From Actinomycetospora sp. (GTDB lineage: Bacteria; Actinomycetota; Actinomycetes; Mycobacteriales; Pseudonocardiaceae): a stretch of DNA of 64,000 bases. A program made the translations under genes and the position numbers. How positions within the stretch are numbered: position 1 is the first letter of the stretch; each line of letters begins with the position of its first letter. The notes under the pieces are model-generated. The model saw only the letters and a program-made list of their open reading frames with translations, was not told the origin of the DNA and made no database searches. The stretch covers positions 1,035-65,034 of the forward strand of contig JAQSWW010000007.1 of assembly GCA_029266415.1 (NCBI GenBank), in the 5' to 3' direction. This document shows, in pieces, positions 55,334 through 64,000 of the stretch.

Positions 55334-56395
55334 TCACATCCCCAGCAGCTCGCGCGCCGACCGCCACATCTCCTCGGTGATCGCCCGCGCGCTGTCCGGG
55401 CGGGCGAGGCGGGCGCTCTGGCCGGCCCACTGGTTGGCGGGGTCGACCTGGCCCACACCCCCCGCCTGCCCGCGACGCCACTGGCCCACGAGGGCGCGTT
55501 GCACCGGGTAGCGGGCCGGTGGCGGCGCGTCGTCGGCCGCCCAGGCCCGGACGAACGGCGTCGGCAGCGCCCGGCCCGGCCGCCCGGAGTAGGCCCGGGT
55601 GAGGACCGAGGTCTCGGGAGCCGCGCCCGCGAGGCCGTCCGACCACGACTCCGCGATCCCGGCCTCCGGGGAGCGGAGGAACGCCGTGCCCACCTGCACC
55701 GCGCTGGCGCCCAGGACCAGCGCGGCCGCGACCCCGCGCCCGTCCGCCACGCCGCCCGTGGCCACGACCGGCACGTCCAGCGCGTCCGCGAGCTGCGGCA
55801 CGAGCGCCACCAGCCCGACGCCCGTCGACCCGGCGGCGACCGGGTCGAACGTGCCCCGGTGCCCGCCCGCCTCGAAGCCCTGGGCGACCACCGCGTCGGC
55901 GCCGGCGTCCTCGGCGGCGAGCGCCTCCTCCAGGGTGGTCGCGCACGCGAACCACGCGATGCCCGCCGCGTGGATCCGCTCGACCATCGGCGGCTCGAAC
56001 AACCCCATGATCGACGAGATCACCGTGGGCGACGCCTCGAGGAGCGCCTCGCACTGCTCGTCGAACGCCGGCAGCGGACCCCCGGGCGCCCCCGGCGCAC
56101 CGAACCGCTCGAGGAAGCGGCGGGAGCGCTCCTCGCCGGCGTCGCCGGCCGCCGGCGCGTCGGGGATCCACAGGTTCAGCTGGAACGGCCGTGACGAGGC
56201 CTCCCGGTACCGCCGGACCCAGGCGGCGATCCGCGCCGCGTCGTCGAGCACCGCCCCGGCCGCACCCATGCCGCCCGCTTCCGCCACCGCGACCGCGAGC
56301 TCCGGCGGACAGGCGCCCGCCATCGGCGCCTGGAGGATCGGGACGCCGAGCCCGTACCGCTCGCAGAACGCCGCGACCCGACCCGAGACCGTCAT
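55334..56395 (-). CDS. Nitronate monooxygenase family flavoprotein
   Basis: PILQAPMAG, QGFEAGGHRG, ATGGVADGRG, VQVGTAFL. Confidence 0.88.
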   Translation of the reverse strand: MTVSGRVAAFCERYGLGVPILQAPMAGACPPELAVAVAEAGGMGAAGAVLDDAARIAAWVRRYREASSRPFQLNLWIPDAPAAGDAGEERSRRFLERFGAPGAPGGPLPAFDEQCEALLEASPTVISSIMGLFEPPMVERIHAAGIAWFACATTLEEALAAEDAGADAVVAQGFEAGGHRGTFDPVAAGSTGVGLVALVPQLADALDVPVVATGGVADGRGVAAALVLGASAVQVGTAFLRSPEAGIAESWSDGLAGAAPETSVLTRAYSGRPGRALPTPFVRAWAADDAPPPARYPVQRALVGQWRRGQAGGVGQVDPANQWAGQSARLARPDSARAITEEMWRSARELLGM

Positions 56396-56554
56396 GCCCG
56401 CCCTCCTCCGTGGCCCACGGCGCGACCCTGCCCGCACCGGCCGATCCCCGCCAGGGCCCGGCCGGCACCGACGGGCCCCCTGTCCCCGCCCGGCCCCGAG
56501 GGGCAGCATGATCCCCGCGACCGGAGCGGCCGGCGCGGGAGAGAGGGGCGTTCG

Positions 56555-57367
56555 ATGACGAGCGACGGTGTGGACACGGCCCCGGTCGTGGTGACCCGCG
56601 ACGACCAGGCCGCGGTGGCCACCGTGCGGATGAACCGCCCGGACCGTCGCAACGCCCTGACCACCGAGCTCAAGGTGGCGCTGCGGGACGCGCTCGAGGA
56701 GGTCGGCCAGGACGACGGCGTGCGGGCCGTGGTCCTCGCCGCCGCCGGGCCCGCCTTCTGCGTCGGCCAGGACCTGGGCGAGCACGCCGAGGTCCTGCGC
56801 TCGGGCGACCCGGACGCCATGCGCACGGTGCCCGAGCACTACAACCGCATCACCTCCGCGCTGGCGACCATGCCGAAGCCGGCGATCGCCGCGGTCGGCG
56901 GCACGTGCGTCGGCGCCGGCCTCGGCTTCGCGCTGGCCTGCGACCTGCGCCTGGCCGCGGCCGGCGTGCGCTTCGCGACGGCCTTCGCGGGGATCGGCTT
57001 CGGGGGCGACTCGGGCCTCTCGGCCACCCTCGCCCACGCCGTCGGCGCCTCCCGGGCCACCGACCTCCTGATGCTCGGCGACAGCTTCACCGCCGAGCAG
57101 GCGCGCGACTGGGGCGTCGTGCGCGAGGTCGTCGCCGCCGAGGATCTCGACGACCGCGCCCTCGCGCTGGCCCGCCGCCTCGCGAACGGACCGACGCGCG
57201 CCTACGCGGAGATCAAGGCCGCGATCGCCCTCGGCACGGTGTCGCCGCTGACGACGATCCTCGAGCACGAGGGCGCGGCGCAGTCCCGGCTCGCCACCAC
57301 CGAGGACCACCGCAACGCCGTCGAGGCCTTCCTGTCCAAGGAGAAGCCGACCTTCACGGGGCACTGA
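56555..57367 (+). CDS. Enoyl-CoA hydratase/isomerase (PaaG-like)
   Basis: NRPDRRNAL, AFCVGQDL, GAGLGFALACD. Confidence 0.88.
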   Translation: MTSDGVDTAPVVVTRDDQAAVATVRMNRPDRRNALTTELKVALRDALEEVGQDDGVRAVVLAAAGPAFCVGQDLGEHAEVLRSGDPDAMRTVPEHYNRITSALATMPKPAIAAVGGTCVGAGLGFALACDLRLAAAGVRFATAFAGIGFGGDSGLSATLAHAVGASRATDLLMLGDSFTAEQARDWGVVREVVAAEDLDDRALALARRLANGPTRAYAEIKAAIALGTVSPLTTILEHEGAAQSRLATTEDHRNAVEAFLSKEKPTFTGH

Positions 57368-57417
57368 GCGCGCCGGCGATCGGGGACGTCCTCCCCTGGC
57401 GGCGAACAGGCCACCAC

Positions 57418-58995
57418 CTACGTCAGCTGCGACTCCCGGTCGGCCCAGTGCACCGCGCGCAGCTCGCGCTTGAGGATCTTCCCCGCGCCCGACTTGGGCA
57501 ACGGTTCGGTCCGGGTCTCGACGCTGCGCGGCACCTTGTAGCCCGCGATCGTCGCGCGGCAGTGCGCGACGAGCTCCTCGGTGAACGCCGCCGGGTCCTC
57601 CGGCTCGGCACGCAGCACGACGACGGCGTGCACCGCCTCGCCGTAGCGCTCGTGCGGCACGCCGAACACGGCCACCTCGACCACCGAGGGGTGCGCGAAC
57701 AGCGCGTTCTCCACCTCGGCGCTGTACACGTTCTCGCCGCCCGAGACGATCATGTCCTTCGCGCGGTCGACGAGGAACAGGTGACCGCCGTCGTCGATCA
57801 GCCCGAGGTCGCCGGAGGCGAACCACCCGTCCAGCAGCGCGGCGGCGGTCTCGGTCGGCTTGTTCCAGTAGCCGGCGGTGACGTTGGCGCCGCGGATCAG
57901 GACCTCGCCGACGAGGCCCGTGGGCATCGGGGTGCGCTCGACCGGGTCGACGACGACCACCTCGACGCCGACCGCCGCCCGCCCGCACGAGCGGGCCTGC
58001 GGGGTGTCGAGCAGGTGCTGCTCGCCGGGCAGCAGCGTGACGATCGGCGAGGTCTCGGTGAGCCCGTAGATGTGCAGCATCTCGGCGTCGGGGAACGCGG
58101 TGTGCGTACGGCGCAGCAGCTCCACCGCCGCGGGCGACGAACCGTGGGAGAGCCAGCGCAGGCTCCCGACGCGCCGCGGCCGCGCGGTCTGCTCGCTGGC
58201 CAGCGCGTCCATCATCGTCGGCACCACCAGCGTCGCGGTGATGCCGTGGCGCTCGACGAGGTCGAGGACGCCGTCGGCGCTGAACGCCGGGCACATCACC
58301 TGCGTGCCGCCGGCCCAGATCGTGGACAGCGCCCCGATCGTGCCCGCGGCGTGGAACATGGGCGCGACGACCAGCCAGCGGGTGTCCGGCGTGAACGGCC
58401 AGCAGGCCATGAAGTGGAACGCGTTGGCGACGAGGTTGCCGTGGGTGAGCATCACGCCCTTGGCCGCCCCGGTGGTGCCGCCGGTGTAGAAGATGCCGGC
58501 GAGATCGTGCTCGGCGGGCTCGCGCAGCGGCTCGCGGGGGGCCGCGTCGGCGAGCAGCGTCTCGTACTCGCTCGAGGTGTCGATGACGCGCAGCTCGGGG
58601 TCGAGGTCGTCCAGCGCACGATCGGCGAACAGCGCCCGGGCGCCGGCGTCGCGCAGCGCGTAGTTCCGCTCCGCGGCGGTGTGGCGCACGTTGAGCGGGA
58701 CGATGACCAGCCCGTGCGACGGCAGCCCGAGGTAGAGCTCGAGGTAGCGGTGGCAGTTCGCGCCGAGCACGCCGACACGGTCGCCCGGTCCGAGGCCGAG
58801 GTCGGCCAGCAGGCCGCCGAGGCGCGCGAGGCGGTCGCCCAGCTCGGCGTACGTCAGCGTCCGCTCCCCGCACACCACCGCCTCGCGGTCCCGCGCCGTC
58901 GCGAGCGCGCGGCGCATCGCGGCGCCCGTGGTGCGCGTCGCGCCGCGCCGGTCCCCGGCCGGCGGCAGGTCGTGGAGGGCCTCCTGCGTCGTCAT
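57418..58995 (-). CDS. Acyl-CoA synthetase (AMP-binding)
   Basis: YTGGTTGAAKG, YGLTE, SGDLG, DRAKDMIVSGGENV, PKSGAGK. Confidence 0.92.
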   Translation of the reverse strand: MTTQEALHDLPPAGDRRGATRTTGAAMRRALATARDREAVVCGERTLTYAELGDRLARLGGLLADLGLGPGDRVGVLGANCHRYLELYLGLPSHGLVIVPLNVRHTAAERNYALRDAGARALFADRALDDLDPELRVIDTSSEYETLLADAAPREPLREPAEHDLAGIFYTGGTTGAAKGVMLTHGNLVANAFHFMACWPFTPDTRWLVVAPMFHAAGTIGALSTIWAGGTQVMCPAFSADGVLDLVERHGITATLVVPTMMDALASEQTARPRRVGSLRWLSHGSSPAAVELLRRTHTAFPDAEMLHIYGLTETSPIVTLLPGEQHLLDTPQARSCGRAAVGVEVVVVDPVERTPMPTGLVGEVLIRGANVTAGYWNKPTETAAALLDGWFASGDLGLIDDGGHLFLVDRAKDMIVSGGENVYSAEVENALFAHPSVVEVAVFGVPHERYGEAVHAVVVLRAEPEDPAAFTEELVAHCRATIAGYKVPRSVETRTEPLPKSGAGKILKRELRAVHWADRESQLT

Positions 58996-59032
58996 CGACC
59001 ACCTCGGCTGCACGTCGCCGGCGCTCTGCAGG

Positions 59033-59046
59033 CGAACGATCGTTCG
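59033..59046. promoter_or_regulatory. PaaR-type operator 1
   Basis: Perfect palindrome CGAACGATCGTTCG, fits CNAACGNNCGTTNG. Confidence 0.7.
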
Positions 59047-59206
59047 GTCGGGCGCGAAGCTACCAGTGGCCCGACCCACGCGACCAGGGTCAGAGGATGC
59101 GGCTTCCCCGGCGTCCGGCGCCAGCGTCCACGCCTCCGGCGCGGCCGCTCCGCGGCACGGCGTGCCGCCGAGGGCCACCGGACTCGCACCCGCCTGGCCC
59201 TGCCCG

Positions 59207-59220
59207 CGAACGACCGTTCG
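59207..59220. promoter_or_regulatory. PaaR-type operator 2
   Basis: CGAACGACCGTTCG just upstream of the TetR start. Confidence 0.7.
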
Positions 59221-59238
59221 GGCCGTACATTGCTGATC

Positions 59239-59901
59239 GTGACCGGCACCCGGCCCCCCACCCACGAGGGCGAGCGACCCGCGGGCAACGGCCGGGAGCG
59301 GCGGGCGCGGCAGGCCTACGACCCGTCGAGCCTCGTCGAGGTGGCCGCGCGGGTGTTCAACGAGCGCGGCTACGACGCCACGAGCATGGAGGACCTGTCC
59401 GCGGCCGCGGGCATCACGAAGTCGTCCTTCTACCACCACGTCCGCGGCAAGGAGGCCCTCCTGCGCGCGGCGCTGGAGCGCGCGCTCGACGGGCTGTTCG
59501 GCATCCTCGACGAGCCGGCCGCGACGACGGGGAGCCCGCTGACCCGCCTGCGGCACATCGTGCGGCGCCAGGTGGAGGTGCTCGCCGCCGAGCTGCCCCA
59601 CGTCACGCTGCTGCTGCGGCTGCGCGGCAACACCGAGACCGAGCGCTGGGCCCTCGAGCGTCGCCGGGAGTTCGACGCGACGATCACCCGTCTGGTGCGC
59701 GACGCCCAGGCCGCGGGCGAGCTGCGCGCGGGCTCCGACCCGGCCGTCGACGCCCGCCTGCTCTCGGGGCTCGTGAACTCGCTGGTCGAGTGGTTCCGCC
59801 CCGGGCGAATGGCGGTGGACTCGCTCGTGGCGGAGGTCGACCGCATGGCGTTCGAGGGGCTGCGCGCGCAGGTGCCTGCGGACGACGGGCGCGCGTCCTA
59901 G
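59239..59901 (+). CDS. TetR-family regulator (PaaR-like)
   Basis: VFNERGYDATSMEDL...KSSFYHH; LLLRLRGNTETERWALERRREFD; NSLVEWFRP. Confidence 0.88.
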   Translation: MTGTRPPTHEGERPAGNGRERRARQAYDPSSLVEVAARVFNERGYDATSMEDLSAAAGITKSSFYHHVRGKEALLRAALERALDGLFGILDEPAATTGSPLTRLRHIVRRQVEVLAAELPHVTLLLRLRGNTETERWALERRREFDATITRLVRDAQAAGELRAGSDPAVDARLLSGLVNSLVEWFRPGRMAVDSLVAEVDRMAFEGLRAQVPADDGRAS

Positions 59902-59911
59902 TCTCGGTCAC

Positions 59912-60133
59912 GTGCCGCTGGAGTTCTCCGAGCAGCCCGAGACCGGTCTGGTCGCGGTGACGCTGACCGACGGCGACGGCGTGGTGCTGCAGACCCGCGT
60001 CGTGGCCGCCGACGAGATCGGGCGCATCGCGGCGCGCGCCCGAGCCGCGGTCGAGCACAGCGAGCGCACCGGCGGGCAGGGCCTCTACGTCACGCTCGAC
60101 GAGCTCATCGACGGGACGCCAGGTCCCGCTTGA
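59912..60133 (+). CDS. Hypothetical protein
   Basis: 73-aa ORF with globular composition filling the gap. Confidence 0.5.
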   Translation: MPLEFSEQPETGLVAVTLTDGDGVVLQTRVVAADEIGRIAARARAAVEHSERTGGQGLYVTLDELIDGTPGPA

Positions 60134-60611
60134 ACCCGTGGTGGCTCGCGACGAACCCGAGCCGCTCGTAGAACCGGTGCGCGCCTGTCCGGGAGGCGTC
60201 GCTGGTCAGCTGCACCAGCCCGCACCCGCGGCGCCGGGCCTCCTCGACCGCCCAGCCCACCAGCGCGGCGCCGTACCCGTGCCCGCGCCGGTCCCCGCTG
60301 ACGTGCACCGCCTCGAGCTGCGCCCGCCGGGCCCCGCGCCGCCCCAGGTTCGGCAGCACCGAGAGCTGCAGCGTCCCGACCGTCGTGCCGTCGGCCTCGT
60401 CCAGGCAGACGAGCAGGTGTGCGGGGTCGGCGTCGATCTCCGCTAACGCCGCGGCGTACGGCGCGAGGTCGCCCACCCCGTCGCCCACTGCGTCGCCCCG
60501 CCCGGCACTCACCGGGTCCTCGGCGATCAGCGCCACCAGCGCGGGCAGGTCCTCGGCCCGCGCCCGGCGCACCGTGAGCACCCCGTCGGCGAGCGTCGCG
60601 AGCACGTCCAC
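60105..60611 (-). CDS. GNAT N-acetyltransferase
   Basis: RRGHGYG, VQLTSD, AHRFYERLGF. Confidence 0.88.
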   Translation of the reverse strand: MDVLATLADGVLTVRRARAEDLPALVALIAEDPVSAGRGDAVGDGVGDLAPYAAALAEIDADPAHLLVCLDEADGTTVGTLQLSVLPNLGRRGARRAQLEAVHVSGDRRGHGYGAALVGWAVEEARRRGCGLVQLTSDASRTGAHRFYERLGFVASHHGFKRDLASRR

Positions 60612-60828
60612 GGCGCCATCCTCCCCGGGGTTCGGCGCGCAGCGGGGGACGCCTCCGCTGCGTCCCACGCAGGCCAGGCGTCCTTCGCCCTGACACCCCG
60701 CGCTCCGCTTATCACCCTGAGTACGACTTCTCCGCCCTGCTGTCGCCCTTCCGACGGAACGGGTGCCGCTGACGGCCACGGTGCGTCATGCTCGACGGCG
60801 TCCGGGCCGGTCGGAGGGGATGTGCCGC

Positions 60829-61464
60829 GTGATCGCTGAGTGGTTGCAGGCCATCCCACCGCTCGCGGTGTACCTCGCGGTCCTCGGGGTGGTGGGCATC
60901 GAGAGCCTCGGGATCCCGCTGCCGGGGGAGGTCGTCCTGGTCAGCGCCACGCTCATGGCCACCCGGCCCGAGCTCGCGATCTCGGCGATCTGGGTGGCCA
61001 CCGCGGCGCTCGTCGGGGCCGTGGTCGGCGACTCGATCGGCTTCGCCATCGGGCGCCGCTACGGCATCGGCCTGCTGCAGGCGGCCGGGCGCCGCTTCCC
61101 GAAGCACTTCGGCCCCGCGCACCTCGCCCTCGCCGAGCGGGCCTTCGCCCGGTGGGGCGTGGTGACGGTGATCGTCGGCCGGTTCATCGCGATCCTGCGG
61201 ATCCTCGCCGGGCCGCTCGCCGGGGCGCTGAAGATGCCGTACCGCAAGTTCATGCCGGCGAACGTCGTCGGCGGGGTGCTCTGGACCGTGGGCACCACCG
61301 CCGCGGTCTACGCGCTGGGCATCGCGGCCGAGACCTGGCTCAAGCGCTTCTCGTGGGCGGGGCTCGCGGTGGCGCTCGTGGTCGGGCTGATCGTCGGGTT
61401 CCTCGTCAAGAAGCGGGTGCTGGGCCTGCTCGCCCAATCCGGTGAGGGTGCGCCCGCATCCTGA
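60829..61464 (+). CDS. DedA family membrane protein
   Basis: ESLGIPLPGE, GDSIGF, GRFIAILR. Confidence 0.9.
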   Translation: MIAEWLQAIPPLAVYLAVLGVVGIESLGIPLPGEVVLVSATLMATRPELAISAIWVATAALVGAVVGDSIGFAIGRRYGIGLLQAAGRRFPKHFGPAHLALAERAFARWGVVTVIVGRFIAILRILAGPLAGALKMPYRKFMPANVVGGVLWTVGTTAAVYALGIAAETWLKRFSWAGLAVALVVGLIVGFLVKKRVLGLLAQSGEGAPAS

Positions 61465-61506
61465 CCGGGTACTCCCCCTGCCCGCTCCGCCGGCAGGAGG
61501 TACCTC

Positions 61507-61824
61507 GTGGCCGACACGCCCCCGTTCCCGGACTTCGACCACGCCACGGTCGACACCGTCAAGCACCGCATCCGCTCGCTGGTGCGCGACGACGTGGAGC
61601 GCCTGCTCGACCACGAGCTCGCGCACTCGTCGCGCCTGCCGGTGATCGAGGTGCTGCGCACGCGCATGGCCGAGCTCGACGCGGGCGCCACGCCCTCGGG
61701 CGGCGACCAGAGCCAGGCACGGGAGGGCGGCACGGCCCACGGCTCGCCGGTCTCCCCCGCGGGCGCCGCCGAGCCCGGCCCGCCCGACCGCCACGGCCTG
61801 CGCCAGATGACCTGGGGTGGCTAG
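61507..61824 (+). CDS. Hypothetical protein
   Basis: RBS AGGAGG; PDFDH...HRIRSL...E..H..R.PV pattern. Confidence 0.65.
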   Translation: MADTPPFPDFDHATVDTVKHRIRSLVRDDVERLLDHELAHSSRLPVIEVLRTRMAELDAGATPSGGDQSQAREGGTAHGSPVSPAGAAEPGPPDRHGLRQMTWGG

Positions 61825-61828
61825 CACC

Positions 61829-62965
61829 TCAGCGGGCGAAGCCGCGGCTGATGACCAGGCGCTGTATCTGGTTGGTGCCCTCGAAGATCTGCATGATCTT
61901 CGCCTCGCGCATGTAGCGCTCCACCGGGAAGTCGCGGGTGTAGCCGTAGCCGCCGAACACCTGCACGGCGTCGGTGGTCACCGTCATCGCCGCGTCCGTG
62001 GCGACCAACTTGGCCACGCTCGCCTGCCGCCCGTACGGCCGGCCCAGGTCGCGGCGGCGTGCGGCGTCGAGGTACGTCGCGCGCGCCGAGTCGACCGCGG
62101 CGGCCATGTCCGCGAGCACGAACCCCAGGCCCTGGTGGTCGACGATCTTCTTGCCGAACGTCGAGCGCTCGTTGGCGTAGTCGACCGCCGCGTCGAGCGC
62201 CGCCTGCGCGAGGCCCACCGCGCACGCCGCGATCCCCAGGCGCCCGGAGTCCAGCGCCGAGAACGCGATCTCCAGGCCCTGACCCTCGCGCCCGATCAGG
62301 CGGTCGGCCTCGAGCACCGCGCCGTCCCAGTTCGCCGTCGTCGTCGGGATCGCGTGCAGGCCCATCTTCTCCTCGGGCCGGCCCCAGCTCAGGCCCTCGA
62401 CCTGCCCCGGCGCGAGGAAGCACGACACCCCGCGGGAGCCCTCGCCGGTGCGGGCGAACAGCGCGTAGAAGTCGGCGCGCCCGCCGTGGGTGATCCACGC
62501 CTTGGTGCCGGTGATCCGGTAGCCCGCGTCCACCGCCTCCGCCTTGCACCGCAGCGCCGCCGCGTCGGACCCGGCCTGCGGCTCGGAGAGCGAGTAGCCC
62601 CCGACCAGCCCGCCGCCCAGCATCTCGGGCAACCGCTGCTGCTGCTCGGCGGTGCCGAAGGTGAACAGCGGGAAGCACGAGAGCGAGTGCACGCTGGTCG
62701 CGACCGCGACGGCCGCCCAGCGCGCCGCGAGCTCCTCGAGCACCTGCAGGTAGACCTCGTACGGCTGACCCCCGCCGCCCACGTCCTCGGGGTAGGGCAG
62801 CCCGAGCAGCCCGGCCTCGCCGAGCGTCGCGAACAGGCCCTCGGGATAGGTCTCGGCTCGCTCGTGCTCGTCGACGCGCGTCGCGAGCTCCTTGTCCGCG
62901 AGGTCGCGGGTGAGGTCGAGCAGGTCCTCGGCCTCCTGGGTGGGCAGCAGCCGGTCGACGGCCAT
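61829..62965 (-). CDS. Acyl-CoA dehydrogenase
   Basis: YSLSEPQAGSD, GTKAWIT, QVFGGYGY, IFEGTNQIQR. Confidence 0.93.
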   Translation of the reverse strand: MAVDRLLPTQEAEDLLDLTRDLADKELATRVDEHERAETYPEGLFATLGEAGLLGLPYPEDVGGGGQPYEVYLQVLEELAARWAAVAVATSVHSLSCFPLFTFGTAEQQQRLPEMLGGGLVGGYSLSEPQAGSDAAALRCKAEAVDAGYRITGTKAWITHGGRADFYALFARTGEGSRGVSCFLAPGQVEGLSWGRPEEKMGLHAIPTTTANWDGAVLEADRLIGREGQGLEIAFSALDSGRLGIAACAVGLAQAALDAAVDYANERSTFGKKIVDHQGLGFVLADMAAAVDSARATYLDAARRRDLGRPYGRQASVAKLVATDAAMTVTTDAVQVFGGYGYTRDFPVERYMREAKIMQIFEGTNQIQRLVISRGFAR

Positions 62966-62977
62966 GGGGTGACTCCC

Positions 62978-63009
62978 ATCGGTACTGATAGTGGTCCTAG
63001 AGTACCGAT
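62978..63009. promoter_or_regulatory. Inverted-repeat operator between divergent ACAD and TetR genes
   Basis: ATCGGTACT-14 nt-AGTACCGAT. Confidence 0.6.
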
Positions 63010-63032
63010 CGAAGGAGCGCTAGGGTAGGTCC

Positions 63033-63623
63033 GTGGCCGCCGCACCGTCGACGCGACGCGGTGCCGCGCGCCACTCGGAGCTCTTCGACGCGCTCATCGA
63101 CCTCCTGCTGGCCGAGGGCTTCGCCCACCTCACCCTCGACGACGTCGCCGCCCGGCTGCGGTGCTCCAAGCGCACGCTCTACGCGCTGGCGGGGTCGAAG
63201 GAGCAGCTGGTGCGGGCCGCCGTCGTGCACTTCTTCGAGCGCGCCACCGACCGCGTCGAGGCCGCCGTCGCGGCCAGCACCGACCCCGAGGCGCGCGTCG
63301 CGGCCTACCTGCGCGCCGTCGCCGACGAGCTCGCCCCCGCGTCGGCACGCTTCGTCGACGACATGGCCGCGTTCCCGCCCGCCGCCGAGGTCTACGCCCG
63401 CAACACCGAGGCCGCGGCCCGCCGTGTCGGCGAGCTCATCGCCGAGGGCGTCGCGGCCGGCGCCTTCCGCGGCGACGTGCCGGTGTCCTTCGCCGCCGAG
63501 GTCATCACCGCGATGATGGTCGGTATCCAGCAACGGCGCGTCGCCGCCGCGACGGGTCTCGGCGACGCCGAGGCCTACGAGGCCCTCGCCGCGCTGCTCC
63601 TGCACGGGCTCACGCGAGACTGA
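63033..63623 (+). CDS. TetR-family regulator
   Basis: EGFAHLTLDDVAARLRCSKRTLY. Confidence 0.88.
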   Translation: MAAAPSTRRGAARHSELFDALIDLLLAEGFAHLTLDDVAARLRCSKRTLYALAGSKEQLVRAAVVHFFERATDRVEAAVAASTDPEARVAAYLRAVADELAPASARFVDDMAAFPPAAEVYARNTEAAARRVGELIAEGVAAGAFRGDVPVSFAAEVITAMMVGIQQRRVAAATGLGDAEAYEALAALLLHGLTRD

Positions 63624-63653
63624 GGAACCTCCGGAGAAAACTTCCGCCGGACC

Positions 63654-63680
63654 TGTCGATCGGCGTCGAGACCGTTCGTG
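63654..63680 (+). promoter_or_regulatory. ECF42-type promoter
   Basis: TGTCGA (-35), 17 nt, CGTG (-10-like) upstream of a DGPF protein. Confidence 0.5.
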
Positions 63681-63727
63681 GAGGGGTGTGCGGGCGAGCG
63701 GCCCGCACCACGACGAAGGAGGACCCC

Positions 63728-64000
63728 GTGGCCCACTACCTGCTCAGCGTCATCACGCCCGCCGAGGGCGAGGCGCCCACCGACGACGAGATGAACGCGA
63801 TCATGGGCAACGTCGCCCAGCTGCAGAGCGACATGCAGTCCGCCGGCGTCTGGGTGTTCTCCGGCGGCCTCGAAGCCCCGGACACCGCGACGGTCCTGAC
63901 GCGCAGCGGCGACGACGTCCTGGTCACCGACGGCCCGTTCGCCGAGCTCAAGGAGTACGTGGGCGGCCTGACGATCATCGACGTGCCGGACCTGGACGCG
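63728..64000 (+). CDS. YciI/DGPF family protein, runs off window end
   Basis: VTDGPFAELKEYVGG motif; RBS AAGGAGG. Confidence 0.85.
   Translation, partial: MAHYLLSVITPAEGEAPTDDEMNAIMGNVAQLQSDMQSAGVWVFSGGLEAPDTATVLTRSGDDVLVTDGPFAELKEYVGGLTIIDVPDLDA

Noticed and set aside
55334-59002. 1222-aa ORF and overlapping 998-aa ORF 56905..59901
   Set aside because: Only the C-terminal parts are real (nitronate monooxygenase; TetR); upstream portions are shadow frames

Overview
Very GC-rich actinobacterial chromosomal segment; gene content and codon style suggest Pseudonocardiaceae, possibly Actinomycetospora (inference). It carries about 65 densely packed CDSs, and I found no rRNA, tRNA, CRISPR array or intact mobile element. 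Most genes are ordinary catabolic or regulatory ones: lutABC, HMG-CoA lyase, an AceE-like E1, pxpABC with a biotin carboxylase module, a CoxL-like molybdoenzyme, CorA, two OmpR-family two-component systems, PaaR-like TetR with a CoA ligase, and an acyl-CoA dehydrogenase. The standout is 2989-13280, an iniBAC-like membrane-remodelling locus with two bacterial dynamin-like GTPases, a membrane-anchored Hsp70 lacking its substrate-binding domain, and a convergent AAA-LuxR regulator. In the IniB position sits an extremely acidic 424-aa protein with ten tandem 9-residue Cys/aromatic/His/Pro repeats, followed by a strong hairpin and an easily missed 82-aa 'RSIFR' ORF translationally coupled to the first dynamin. 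Other points: an aminotransferase broken by an internal deletion, a hydrolase-MDMPI fusion, an orphan CoxL heading a pxp/biotin operon, a BldC-like gene with a 9-bp-period repeat array, and several readable operator sites. Start codons were refined by eye and all functional calls come from motif recognition, not database searches.
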